NCBI RefSeq assembly: GCF_001017655.1
Contig: NZ_CP010904.1
Location: forward strand, 1,830,001-1,862,000
Reading direction: 5' to 3'
Length of the DNA stretch: 32,000 bases
From: Kiritimatiella glycovorans
GTDB lineage: Bacteria > Verrucomicrobiota > Kiritimatiellia > Kiritimatiellales > Kiritimatiellaceae
The position numbers were made by a program, and so were the translations under genes. The notes beneath the pieces were generated by a model. The model was not told the origin of the DNA and made no database searches. It saw nothing but the letters and a program-made list of their open reading frames with translations. This document shows, in pieces, positions 23,008 to 31,390 of this stretch; position 1 is the stretch's first letter, and every line of letters begins with the position of its first letter.

Positions 23008-23400
23008 ATGAAGATCGTTTGTTCAGCGTTGATCGTGCTTGCCCTGTTTGGGCAGATGCCGTGTATGTGCGGGCCGGAGTGTTTCAGTATGCGGAGCGCA
23101 TCCGCGGTCGAAGCACCGACGACGGAAGCCCCTTGCTCATGCTGCGCCAGCCACGGGGAATCCGCGCCTGAACAGGAAACCGAACCCGATGCTTGCGATT
23201 GTGTCGTCTGCAAGACGGCAAGCTCCGCGCCCGCCGTCACGGCGAACCATGACACGGTCAGGCTTTCCACCGTTGTTGGCGCGGCCCCCGTTCGGGATGG
23301 TACGATCCGGCCCCGCGAATCCCATTCCAGCGTCCACACGCCAATCGTGCGACCGTCCGGTCCGCCGATCTATCTTGCCCTCAAAGTCCTGCTGATCTGA
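23008..23400 (+). CDS. Small Cys-rich secreted protein (130 aa), paralogue of 19996..20391
   Basis: MKIVCSALIVLALFGQ is signal-like. It has a CMCGPEC cluster, PCSCCASHGES, an acidic linker, DACDCVVCKTA, and a Pro-rich tail ending in the hydrophobic YLALKVLLI. Codon third positions are G/C-rich. It lies directly upstream of the adaptor gene. Confidence 0.55.
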   Translation: MKIVCSALIVLALFGQMPCMCGPECFSMRSASAVEAPTTEAPCSCCASHGESAPEQETEPDACDCVVCKTASSAPAVTANHDTVRLSTVVGAAPVRDGTIRPRESHSSVHTPIVRPSGPPIYLALKVLLI

Positions 23401-23482
23401 TTTGCCGTTCTACCTGCGGCGGATCCCCCATTGTGACAGTCCCCCAGGGACTGCTGTCTCAACATGCAGGATATCGAAGGAT

Positions 23483-24712
23483 ATGGAACCCGGAACGGAC
23501 AAGAGACAATCAAGAAGGTATGGCGGGGCTCGATGGAAACCCGTTGTGTTGGCCGTGCTGCTTCTCGGCGGGCTGATCGCCGTCCTGGTCTTCATCTTCC
23601 GAGATCAGCTCACGCCCGCCAAGCCGGTCGGGACCGGCCGAGTCATTCTGCTGGCCGGCGATACGGATAGCGCGTCGTCACCGGTTGCGGGCGACGAGCT
23701 GCTCTTCCAGGCCTCGGGCTGGATTGAGCCCGATCCGTGGCACGTGGATGCCTTCACCCTCGTGGACGGCTTTGTCCTGGATGTCTACGTCAAGGAAGGC
23801 CAAGCGGTCACGAACGGTCAGATAGTTGCGCGTCTCGACCCGGGGGACGCGGAACTCGGCCTGCGGGTCGCCGCGGCGGCCGTCAGGGCGGCCCGCGCGC
23901 GTGTCGAGACGGCGCGGGATACATGGTCGCGGATCGAGCCGCTGCCCGCGCGCGACACCACCCCCGCGGAACGCGTGGCGGCCGAGAATGCCGTGGTGGA
24001 ACTGGATGCGGAGCTGGCCGTGGCGGAAGCCAAACGGGACATGGCTCAACTCGCCCTTGACCGGACGGTCGTGCGCGCCCCGATAGACGGGATCGTGCAG
24101 CGGCTGTATGCGCATCCGGGCTTGAAACGGCGGGCGGGGAGCGACGATCCGGAAAGTACGACCATCGTGTCGCTATTCGATCCCGCCAGGCTCCAGGTGC
24201 GGGTGGACGTGCCTCTCGCGGAGGCCGGTCGGCTGTTCGTGGGACAGCCGACGCGCATCTCCACGGCGATGCTGCCGGGCGCGGTCTTCACCGGGCGGGT
24301 GACGCGCATCGTGGGCGAAGCCGACCTGCAACGCAACACGCTGCAGGCCAAGGTCGAGGTCCATGATCCGGATCCGAGAATGCGGCCGGAAGTCTTGTGT
24401 CGAGTCGAGTTCCGGGGGAGCAGCGGCAGCCAGGGGAATGCGCAAACGTCGGCCAACACAGGCCGACAGACCCTGTGGATTCCGGAGGAAGCCTTGGGCG
24501 ATCCTTCACGCTCCGAACAGGACGTCTGGGTCATCGATCCCATCTCGGACCGGGCCGAGCGGCGCGCGGTACGCCTGGGGCCTTCGCGTCGTGACGGCTA
24601 CCGGCGCGTCCTCGACGGGCTGCGTCCGAACGAAACGGTCGTCACGTCGGGAGCGGCTCAACTCGAAGCCGGCGACCGTGTCATCGCGCGCAACAAGGAG
24701 GATTCACCATGA
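23483..24712 (+). CDS. HlyD/RND-type periplasmic adaptor (membrane fusion protein)
   Basis: N-terminal TM helix (WKPVVLAVLLLGGLIAVLVFIF). Lipoyl/hairpin motifs GFVLDVYVKEGQAVTNGQIVARLD and VVRAPIDGIVQRL, then beta-barrel and MPD regions. GAAGGA precedes the ATG at 23483. Confidence 0.9.
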   Translation: MEPGTDKRQSRRYGGARWKPVVLAVLLLGGLIAVLVFIFRDQLTPAKPVGTGRVILLAGDTDSASSPVAGDELLFQASGWIEPDPWHVDAFTLVDGFVLDVYVKEGQAVTNGQIVARLDPGDAELGLRVAAAAVRAARARVETARDTWSRIEPLPARDTTPAERVAAENAVVELDAELAVAEAKRDMAQLALDRTVVRAPIDGIVQRLYAHPGLKRRAGSDDPESTTIVSLFDPARLQVRVDVPLAEAGRLFVGQPTRISTAMLPGAVFTGRVTRIVGEADLQRNTLQAKVEVHDPDPRMRPEVLCRVEFRGSSGSQGNAQTSANTGRQTLWIPEEALGDPSRSEQDVWVIDPISDRAERRAVRLGPSRRDGYRRVLDGLRPNETVVTSGAAQLEAGDRVIARNKEDSP

Positions 24713-25398
24713 GCGACGTCCTGATTCACTGCCACAAGCTGACCAAGCATTACAGGAAGGGGCCCCGCACCGTGACCCCGCTCGAAGCGCTGGACCTCGA
24801 CATAGAACGGGGGGACTTCGTCTCGCTTATGGGGCCTTCCGGCTCCGGCAAGACCACGCTGCTGAACCTGATCGCCGGGATCGATACGCCCAGCGAGGGC
24901 GTGCTGGAAGTCTGCGGCGAGGATATTACCCGGTTATCGCGCGGCCGACTGGCGCGGTGGCGCGCCCACCACGTGGGCTACATCTTCCAGCTCTACCACC
25001 TTGTGCCAGTGTTGACGGCATTCGAGAATGTCGAACTGCCGTTGCTGCTCGACGACATCTCGCGACGCGAGCGGCGCGAACGCGTGGAGCAGACCTTGGC
25101 GATGGTCGGGTTGGGCGACCGCATGCACCACTACCCGCGCGAGCTATCCGGCGGTCAGGAACAGCGTGTTGCCATCGCGCGGGCGCTGGTCGCGTCGCCC
25201 GAGCTGCTGGTGGCCGACGAACCGACCGGCGACCTCGACCGCGAGGCGGGCGATGCCGTTCTCGCGTTGCTGCAGAACCTGCGCGCCGAGCACAATAAGA
25301 CCATCGTGATGGTGACGCACGATCCGCACGCCGCGGACGCATCGGCCCGGGTTCTGCACCTGGAAAAAGGACAACTCCTGGAGGCGCAGCATGCTTAG
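24709..25398 (+). CDS. ABC transporter ATP-binding protein (LolD/MacB-ATPase-like)
   Basis: GPSGSGKTTLLN (Walker A), LSGGQEQRVAIARAL (signature), LLVADEPTGDLD (Walker B), VTHD (H-loop). It has an ATGA overlap with the adaptor gene. Confidence 0.95.
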   Translation: MSDVLIHCHKLTKHYRKGPRTVTPLEALDLDIERGDFVSLMGPSGSGKTTLLNLIAGIDTPSEGVLEVCGEDITRLSRGRLARWRAHHVGYIFQLYHLVPVLTAFENVELPLLLDDISRRERRERVEQTLAMVGLGDRMHHYPRELSGGQEQRVAIARALVASPELLVADEPTGDLDREAGDAVLALLQNLRAEHNKTIVMVTHDPHAADASARVLHLEKGQLLEAQHA

Positions 25399-26542
25399 CA
25401 AAGCGGGACGGCTTGCCCTTTTGGCAACGAAGCAGCTCTGGCGCCATCCGGTCCGAACGTCGCTGACACTGCTGGGCGTGGCGTCCGGGATGTTCCTGTT
25501 CACGACCGTGCAGACGATGCAGACGACCCTTGACCGCGCCACGCGCGTGCAGGCCGCGGACACGACGCTGGTGGTCTACCGCGAGAACCGGTTCTGTCCG
25601 CAGACCAGCCGGCTTCCGGAGTACTACGAGAACGAGATCCGGGCCATTCCCGGCGTCCGGGAAGTCATCCCCATCAAGGTCACCGTCAACAACTGCGGGG
25701 CCAGCCTGGACGTCATTACCTTCCGCGGCGTTCCGCCGGGCCAGTTGGCGCGATATGCTCCGGAGATCGCCGTGATCCGGGGGTCGTACGACGACTGGAA
25801 GAATCGTGACGACGGCGCCCTCGTGGGGAAGCAGTTGGCCGACAAACGCGGACTGCAGCCGGGCGACGCCTTCGAGGCGGTTGGTGTCCGGGTGATCGTG
25901 AGTGGCATCATCGATTCGCCCCTGCCGCAGGACAACGCCGTGGCCTACGTCCACCTTCCGTTTCTGCAGCAGGCCTCGCGACACGGCTTGGGAGTCGTGA
26001 CGCAGTTCAACGTACGCGTGCAGCCCGGCGAGGATATCGAGCGCGTGGCCACGGCGATCGACAAGCGCTTCAAGAGCGAGACCGAACCGACCGTGACGCA
26101 GCCGGAGAAGGCGTTTTTCGCCCAGACGGCGCGCGAGCTGATTGACCTGATCGGGTTCACGCGCTGGATCGGCTATGGCGCCGTGCTTGCCGTCGTGGGG
26201 CTCATTGCCAACGCCGTTCTGCTCGTGGTTCGGGGGCGCGTCCGCGAGAACGCCATCCTCCAGACGGTGGGCTTCCCCGAAAGCGCAGTGGGCTTTGTCG
26301 TGGTCTCCGAGGGGGCGGTGCTGGGGTTTGTAGGGAGCTGCATAGGGATCGTACTGGCGTCCGGTTTTCTGGCGTGGCGCGGTCTGACCTTCGGCAACGA
26401 GGGGCAGACGCTGGCGCTTGTTCCTGACGCGTCGGTTATGGCGACCGGACTGGGGCTGGCGCTCGTTCTCGGGATGACGGCCGCGCTCGGGCCGGCCTGG
26501 ATCGCCATGCGCAGACCGATTGTCGAAAGCTTGAGGAGCTGA
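25391..26542 (+). CDS. FtsX/MacB-type ABC permease 1
   Basis: 383 aa. It has TM1, a large periplasmic domain, and three C-terminal TM helices (FTRWIGYGAVLAVVGLIANAVLLVVRGRVRENAILQTVGF). It has an 8-nt overlap with the ATPase gene. Confidence 0.9.
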   Translation: MLSKAGRLALLATKQLWRHPVRTSLTLLGVASGMFLFTTVQTMQTTLDRATRVQAADTTLVVYRENRFCPQTSRLPEYYENEIRAIPGVREVIPIKVTVNNCGASLDVITFRGVPPGQLARYAPEIAVIRGSYDDWKNRDDGALVGKQLADKRGLQPGDAFEAVGVRVIVSGIIDSPLPQDNAVAYVHLPFLQQASRHGLGVVTQFNVRVQPGEDIERVATAIDKRFKSETEPTVTQPEKAFFAQTARELIDLIGFTRWIGYGAVLAVVGLIANAVLLVVRGRVRENAILQTVGFPESAVGFVVVSEGAVLGFVGSCIGIVLASGFLAWRGLTFGNEGQTLALVPDASVMATGLGLALVLGMTAALGPAWIAMRRPIVESLRS

Positions 26543-26545
26543 GCT

Positions 26546-27697
26546 ATGTTGCCGTTTGGCTATGCCGTCAGGAACCTGTTTCGCGATCCGAAGAGCCTCT
26601 TCCAGGCCGTGCTCGGGAGCGCGCTGGTTGTCCTCATGGTGATGGTCGCCGCCGCGCTGAACGACGGCATGGCCGGTGTGCTATCGGCATCCGGTTCGCC
26701 GCGGAACGCGATCCTGCTGGGCGCCGGCAGCGAGGACAGCGTGCTTCGTAGCGAGATCTCCGAACGCGCGGCCGGCATTGCCGAGTCGAGCCTGAACGGA
26801 CTGGCGGAGATCGCGGGTGTCCGCGCGGTCTCGCCGGAGATCCATCAAATGACCCTGGTCTCGGCCGCCGGGTCGGATCAGCGGCAGGCCCTTGTTCGCG
26901 GCGTGACGGAACGCGCGCCACTGGTGTACACAAAGATGACCGTCACCGAGGGGACTTTCGCGCGGCCCGGCGGCGTCATGGTCGGCCGCCTTGCGTGGCG
27001 GAGGCTCGGCCTGCCGAAGGACGCCCTTGGACCCGGCCGGGAGATCGTCGTCGAGGATGTGACCATGACGGTAGCGGGCGTCTTCGCCGCGCCCGGCACG
27101 GTCATGGAGTCCGAGATCTGGATGGATTTGAACGACCTCCGATCGCTGTCGCTGCGGAAGAACCTGAGCTGTGTCGTCCTGCGCCTGGATGGCGGGGCGT
27201 TTCCCGATGTGGACCTGTTCGCGAAACAGCGTCTCGACCTTGAGCTCGCGGCGCTACGGGAGAGCGACTACTTCGCGAGGCTGTCCGCTTTCTATGCACC
27301 CATTCGCGGCATGACCTGGATGACGGCGATCCTGATTGCGACCGGCGCGTTGCTCGGTGGACTGAACACGCTCTACGCCGCGTTCTCGCCGCGCATCCGC
27401 GAGATCGCGACGCTGCAGGCCATCGGGTATGGACGCGGGGCGATTCTGTTCTCGCTCATCCAGGAAGCGACCCTTGCCGCCCTGTGCGGCGCCGTGGTCG
27501 CGGCGACGGCGGCCGTGTTGTTCCTGGAAGGGGTTGCGGTCTCGTTCTCGATCGGAAGTTTCGTCCTGCGCGTCACGCCGGTCGTGGCGGCGGTTGGGTT
27601 CGGTACAGGGTTGGGTCTTGGCCTGGTCGGAGCGATCCCGCCCGGACTGCGCTGTTTGCTCCCGCCGGTGCATGAGGCGTTGCGGTCGGCGGGGTAG
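26546..27697 (+). CDS. FtsX/MacB-type ABC permease 2
   Basis: 383 aa with the same architecture (MTWMTAILIATGALLGGLNTLYAAFSPRIREIATLQAIGY). GAGGAG precedes the ATG. Confidence 0.9.
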   Translation: MLPFGYAVRNLFRDPKSLFQAVLGSALVVLMVMVAAALNDGMAGVLSASGSPRNAILLGAGSEDSVLRSEISERAAGIAESSLNGLAEIAGVRAVSPEIHQMTLVSAAGSDQRQALVRGVTERAPLVYTKMTVTEGTFARPGGVMVGRLAWRRLGLPKDALGPGREIVVEDVTMTVAGVFAAPGTVMESEIWMDLNDLRSLSLRKNLSCVVLRLDGGAFPDVDLFAKQRLDLELAALRESDYFARLSAFYAPIRGMTWMTAILIATGALLGGLNTLYAAFSPRIREIATLQAIGYGRGAILFSLIQEATLAALCGAVVAATAAVLFLEGVAVSFSIGSFVLRVTPVVAAVGFGTGLGLGLVGAIPPGLRCLLPPVHEALRSAG

Positions 27698-27711
27698 GAA
27701 GGGGCATGGGT

Positions 27712-27733
27712 CCATGGTCATTGGTGATTGGTG
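27712..27733. repeat. Short heptamer run (CCATGGTCATTGGTGATTGGTG)
   Basis: Read directly. Confidence 0.7.
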
Positions 27734-27769
27734 CGGCAAAGAGAAGACAGGAACATGGAGGATAGGCGG

Positions 27770-28357
27770 ATGAAGAAGAGATGGCTTGGATTGATGGTAG
27801 TGGCTGCGATGGTCGTCGGCGTGGGGTGCGGGAAGAAGGCGGAGCAGGGCTCGGTCGAGCCGGTAGCCGTGCCCAAGGCGTTTGTCAGTGAAGAGCCGGC
27901 CGGAGAGCCGACACCGATCCCTGAAGCACGCAAGCTGCCACCGGGGACGGATGTGCTTCTCAAAGGGCTCGTCATGGGTGTGCGCAGTCCGTTTGTCGAG
28001 GGCCGCGCCCTGTTCATTCTCGGCGACGAAGCCACGATCACGCCGTGCAACGCCAAAGACGATGACCATTGCTCCATGCCCTGGGACGCCTGCTGCGATC
28101 CGCTCGAGGTGCGTGCCGCCGGCACGGCGGCGATACAGGTGCTGGACGATACGGGCGAGGTTTTGGAGCAGGGCCTCAAGGGCGTGAACGGCCTCAAGGA
28201 ACTGAGTCGCGTGACCGTCGCCGGCGCCGTGGCGCCACACTCGACGACGAACGCATTCGTCGTCAACGCCGCGTCGTTGTACGTGGAGCCCGAAGCAAGC
28301 AACCAACCAGAAGCCAAAGACGCCCACGCAACCTGCCCGAGCTGCCCCGCAAAGTGA
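27770..28357 (+). CDS. Cys-rich putative lipoprotein embedded in the efflux operon (195 aa)
   Basis: MKKRWLGLMVVAAMVVGVGCG is a signal peptide with a lipobox-like Cys. GGAGGA precedes the ATG. There is a Cys/His/Asp cluster (TPCNAKDDDHCSMPWDACCDP) and a C-terminal HATCPSCP. I recognise no family. Confidence 0.65.
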   Translation: MKKRWLGLMVVAAMVVGVGCGKKAEQGSVEPVAVPKAFVSEEPAGEPTPIPEARKLPPGTDVLLKGLVMGVRSPFVEGRALFILGDEATITPCNAKDDDHCSMPWDACCDPLEVRAAGTAAIQVLDDTGEVLEQGLKGVNGLKELSRVTVAGAVAPHSTTNAFVVNAASLYVEPEASNQPEAKDAHATCPSCPAK

Positions 28358-28367
28358 TGCAGGCCAC

Positions 28368-28431
28368 AAATGACCAATGACCAATGACTAATGACCAGTG
28401 ACCGCCGCGCAGCGGCCAAATGACCAATGAC
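28368..28431. repeat. Heptamer-hairpin element (AAATGACCAATGACCAATGACTAATGACCAGTGAC CGCCGC GCA GCGGC CAAATGACCAATGAC)
   Basis: Read directly. Its last ATG is the start codon of the TolC-like gene. Confidence 0.9.
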
Positions 28432-29773
28432 AAAAACCCGCACATTCGTGGCCATCGCGCTCCTGACCGTATGCTTATCGCCAGCCGAGGGAAGCAGCAC
28501 AAACCGTGTCCCGTCCCTTCCAACCTGGGGCGAGGCGGTCGGTAGGGCCGAGCTGGACGCGTGGATCGCGGCCGCCATGGTGGCTGCGCCTTCACTGGAC
28601 GCCGCGGAGCGAGCGGTACGCGTGGAGGCCGCGGGCGGCAGGGCGGCGCGTTCCGGGCGTTGGCCCGATCTCACGCTGGAAGGCGACCTGCGCGCCGGCC
28701 GGCGGAATACCGCGATGACCGGCGGAGAGACGCTTGACGTCGAATCCGTGGCCGCCCGCGCGTCGGCCGCATGGGACCTCGATGTCTTCGGGCGAGTGCG
28801 CGCCGAAGTCGGCGCCGCGCGCTTCGCGGAGCTGGCCGCCGACCACAGGCGGCGTGACCGCCGGATCGCCTTCGCAGCCGACATGGCGGAAGCGTACGTG
28901 CTGGGGCGTCTCTGGAACGACCGCCTTCGGATCCGTGACGAGGCCGTGGCGGCGCACGATGCCCTGGTCAGGTACGCGGACGGCCGAATGAAGGTAGGCC
29001 TGGCCCTGCCGGCCGAGCGCGACCGTCTCGAGGCCGAGCGACAGGCCGCCAGGCAGCAACGGGTACATGCGCAGGAAGAGATATCCGATCTCGACGCACG
29101 GTGGCGCTACCTCGTGCCGGAATACGAGGCGCCGGATCTGCACTCGCTTGGCGGCCTCTCGTCCGCCGAGCCTGTTTCCGCTCCGCCGGAGACGGCGATC
29201 CATGCGTATGCGGTGAATCGCCCGGATGTCCTGGCCGCGCACGCCCTCTGGCAGGCGGCGGGGGAAGGGGCGCGCGGCGCCGCGCGCAACCGGTTGCCGA
29301 CGGTGTCCGCCATCGTAACGGCCGAGGGCGAGGGCCCGTCCCCCGTTGACGAACCCGAAGCCTGGACTGCCTGGGCGGGCGTGCGCCTGTCCCTTCCCGT
29401 CCTGGCGCCGGGTCGTTCAGCCCAGGTAAACATCCGGCGGGAAGAAGCACACATCCAGGAGGCTCTGTTCGAAGAGACCGTGGCCCTGGCGATTCGGGAC
29501 ATCCGTCAGGCCTACGCGCGCCGACTCCACGCTGAACAGGCATGGCGTGCAGCGCAGGTCTCCGCCGACCGCCTGCGGGAGTCGTTCGAATCTTTCAAGC
29601 GCCAGTTCGAGCAAGGACGTGTGCCGGTTCCCACCGTCGAGCGCGCGAAGCTGGACTGGCTCGCCTCCGAAGAAGCGATGCGCGTCCGTTATGCGGAAGT
29701 CCTCCTGCGCCAGGTCGATCTCGTCCGTGCATGCGGCGGCCCAACAGACACGGCACTCCACTCCGGCAACTGA
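28427..29773 (+). CDS. TolC-family outer-membrane efflux protein
   Basis: Signal peptide MTKTRTFVAIALLTVCLSPA. The two-repeat helical/beta pattern is typical of the OMF family (LDAAERAVRVEAAGG...WPDLTLEGDL...; later PDVLAAHALWQAAGEGARGAARNRLPTVS). It is the last gene of the efflux operon. Confidence 0.85.
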   Translation: MTKTRTFVAIALLTVCLSPAEGSSTNRVPSLPTWGEAVGRAELDAWIAAAMVAAPSLDAAERAVRVEAAGGRAARSGRWPDLTLEGDLRAGRRNTAMTGGETLDVESVAARASAAWDLDVFGRVRAEVGAARFAELAADHRRRDRRIAFAADMAEAYVLGRLWNDRLRIRDEAVAAHDALVRYADGRMKVGLALPAERDRLEAERQAARQQRVHAQEEISDLDARWRYLVPEYEAPDLHSLGGLSSAEPVSAPPETAIHAYAVNRPDVLAAHALWQAAGEGARGAARNRLPTVSAIVTAEGEGPSPVDEPEAWTAWAGVRLSLPVLAPGRSAQVNIRREEAHIQEALFEETVALAIRDIRQAYARRLHAEQAWRAAQVSADRLRESFESFKRQFEQGRVPVPTVERAKLDWLASEEAMRVRYAEVLLRQVDLVRACGGPTDTALHSGN

Positions 29774-29806
29774 GCCAGGCGGAAGCACCGCGCGCGAACG
29801 CGCCCG

Positions 29807-29908
29807 GTGGTCGTCTTGACGGGTGCCCGACAGACAGGCAAGACTTCCTTGGTCCAACGGCTGTTTCCTGCTTATAGCTATGTGAGCCTGGATCTGCCGG
29901 ACCATGCT
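29807..29908 (+). pseudogene. N-terminal fragment (about 34 codons) of a DUF4143/AAA_14 ATPase gene
   Basis: VVVLTGARQTGKTSLVQRLFPAYSYVSLDLPDHA matches the Walker A region of this family. After it the frame degenerates (TSSLRSCSVTWLICREK). Confidence 0.5.
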
Positions 29909-30041
29909 ACATCTTCCCTCCGGTCGTGTTCTGTCACCTGGCTGATTTGCCGGGAAAAAACATGTCGGCCCGGGTACACCGCCGAGACGACGCCAGACAA
30001 CACCGTCAAGGCTGCCTGCCTTCTCAAACGGACACGCGCAT

Positions 30042-31337
30042 TCATGATCTCTGCGCCTCTTCACAACCTGACAGCAGGTAACGCCAGGCGGGAATGGAGT
30101 TGGGTTCGGCCTCGGACAAACCCGGCGCATACTCGTGGTAAACCAGGTGTCCCCGTGCCTCGGGCCAAAGGGTCCTTCCGAACTCCATGACGTTCTTCTC
30201 GCGCTCGAATGCGGCATCGTCGGCCAGGCTCCAGCACGTGTTCGCAAACCAGGCGCCCTCGCCGTCGCACAGGTCGACTTCATGAGCATTCGAGTAGTAG
30301 TAGAGGTCCCGACGGCGTCGGCGAGCCTCCAGAAAGACGGCCGTCTCCAGCTTGTGGCCGACGTCGCGCTGGGGGTATGCCTTGAAAGCCGCGACGAGAC
30401 CGGGGTCGATCACATGCAACTTCTTGGGATTGTGCTCCTGCTTGCGCAACGACTCGTCGCGTTTCGGCACCATGAAGACCAGAGACGCATCCTTCAGGCA
30501 GCCGAGGTACTCGTGCAGCGTGTTCTTCGACACCGCCAACCCCAGCGATTTGAAGTCACGGTGTAGCTTGCTGACGTTGATCAGCGATGCCGTGTTCCGA
30601 AAGCAGTACCTTAACAGGGTTCGCATGACCTTCTCGTTCCGTACTCCATAACGCTCGACCACGTCCCTGAACAACATGAGCGAGGCGTACTCCTCCAGGA
30701 TCAAGGGGCGCAGCGGCGCCTCGGCGAGCACGATCTCGGGGAAGCCGCCCCATGTCAGATACTCGACAAGCTCCGCGCGCGCGCGGCTCTCGTCGCGAGC
30801 GCTGAACGAGGATATCTCCACCTCTCGAAACGAGAGAAACTCCCTGAAGCTCAGGGGAAACACCTCCAACGTGATGCTGCGTCCCCGCATTGCGGCAGAC
30901 AGGTCGCGGGCCAGAAGCCGGGAGGACGAACCGGTAACAAAGATCGATATATCCTCGGTATCTTTAAGCCGCCTGACCCAACGCTCCCAGCCGGGTACGT
31001 CCTGCACCTCGTCCAGAAAGAGGTAGGTCTTGCCGGAGGCCGTATCGGGGTACAACTCGTTCAGGCTGCGAAGCACAAGATCCAGTTCTTCGGCGCGCAC
31101 GGGGTGCAGGCGATCATCCTCGAAGTTCAAGTACACGAGCTGTCGCCGGTCCACGCCTTGCCGGACGAGCCGGTGCATGGCGTCGAACAGCAGGAACGTC
31201 TTTCCGGAGCGGCGCGGCCCCGAAAGCCCCACCACTTTGCCGGTGTCCGCCGGGAGAGATCTATCGCGAGGACGACAAACCGGCAATTCGCCTTCGATGA
31301 ACTGGCGCAACACATACTTCAGATTGTAACTGTTCAT
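30042..31337 (-). CDS. AAA+ ATPase with a DUF4143 domain (AAA_14 family), second intact copy
   Basis: VVGLSGPRRSGKTF (Walker A), YLFLDEVQDVPGW (Walker B), a DUF4143-like middle region, and a C-terminal YYYSNAHEVDL restriction-endonuclease-like motif. Confidence 0.9.
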   Translation of the reverse strand: MNSYNLKYVLRQFIEGELPVCRPRDRSLPADTGKVVGLSGPRRSGKTFLLFDAMHRLVRQGVDRRQLVYLNFEDDRLHPVRAEELDLVLRSLNELYPDTASGKTYLFLDEVQDVPGWERWVRRLKDTEDISIFVTGSSSRLLARDLSAAMRGRSITLEVFPLSFREFLSFREVEISSFSARDESRARAELVEYLTWGGFPEIVLAEAPLRPLILEEYASLMLFRDVVERYGVRNEKVMRTLLRYCFRNTASLINVSKLHRDFKSLGLAVSKNTLHEYLGCLKDASLVFMVPKRDESLRKQEHNPKKLHVIDPGLVAAFKAYPQRDVGHKLETAVFLEARRRRRDLYYYSNAHEVDLCDGEGAWFANTCWSLADDAAFEREKNVMEFGRTLWPEARGHLVYHEYAPGLSEAEPNSIPAWRYLLSGCEEAQRS

Positions 31338-31390
31338 AGCGACAATATAGATACTCCCGTCCCTTTATGCAAGGACAATCTCGCATCTCG

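Noticed and set aside
22164-23339. 391-aa minus-strand ORF
   Set aside because: It is antisense to the DUF4143 ATPase gene and the small Cys-rich gene, with no motifs. The plus-strand frames are clearly the genuine ones.
23440-23463. Imperfect hairpin GACAGTCCC-CCA-GGGACTG(CT)GTC between the small Cys-rich gene and the adaptor gene, considered as an attenuator
   Set aside because: The stem is short and bulged and has no T-tract. It is too weak to call without expression data.
24926-28884. Long minus-strand ORFs 24926..25984 (352 aa), 27254..28384 (376 aa) and 27718..28884 (388 aa)
   Set aside because: They are antisense shadows of the ABC ATPase, permease, lipoprotein and TolC-like genes, with Arg/Pro/Ala-rich composition.
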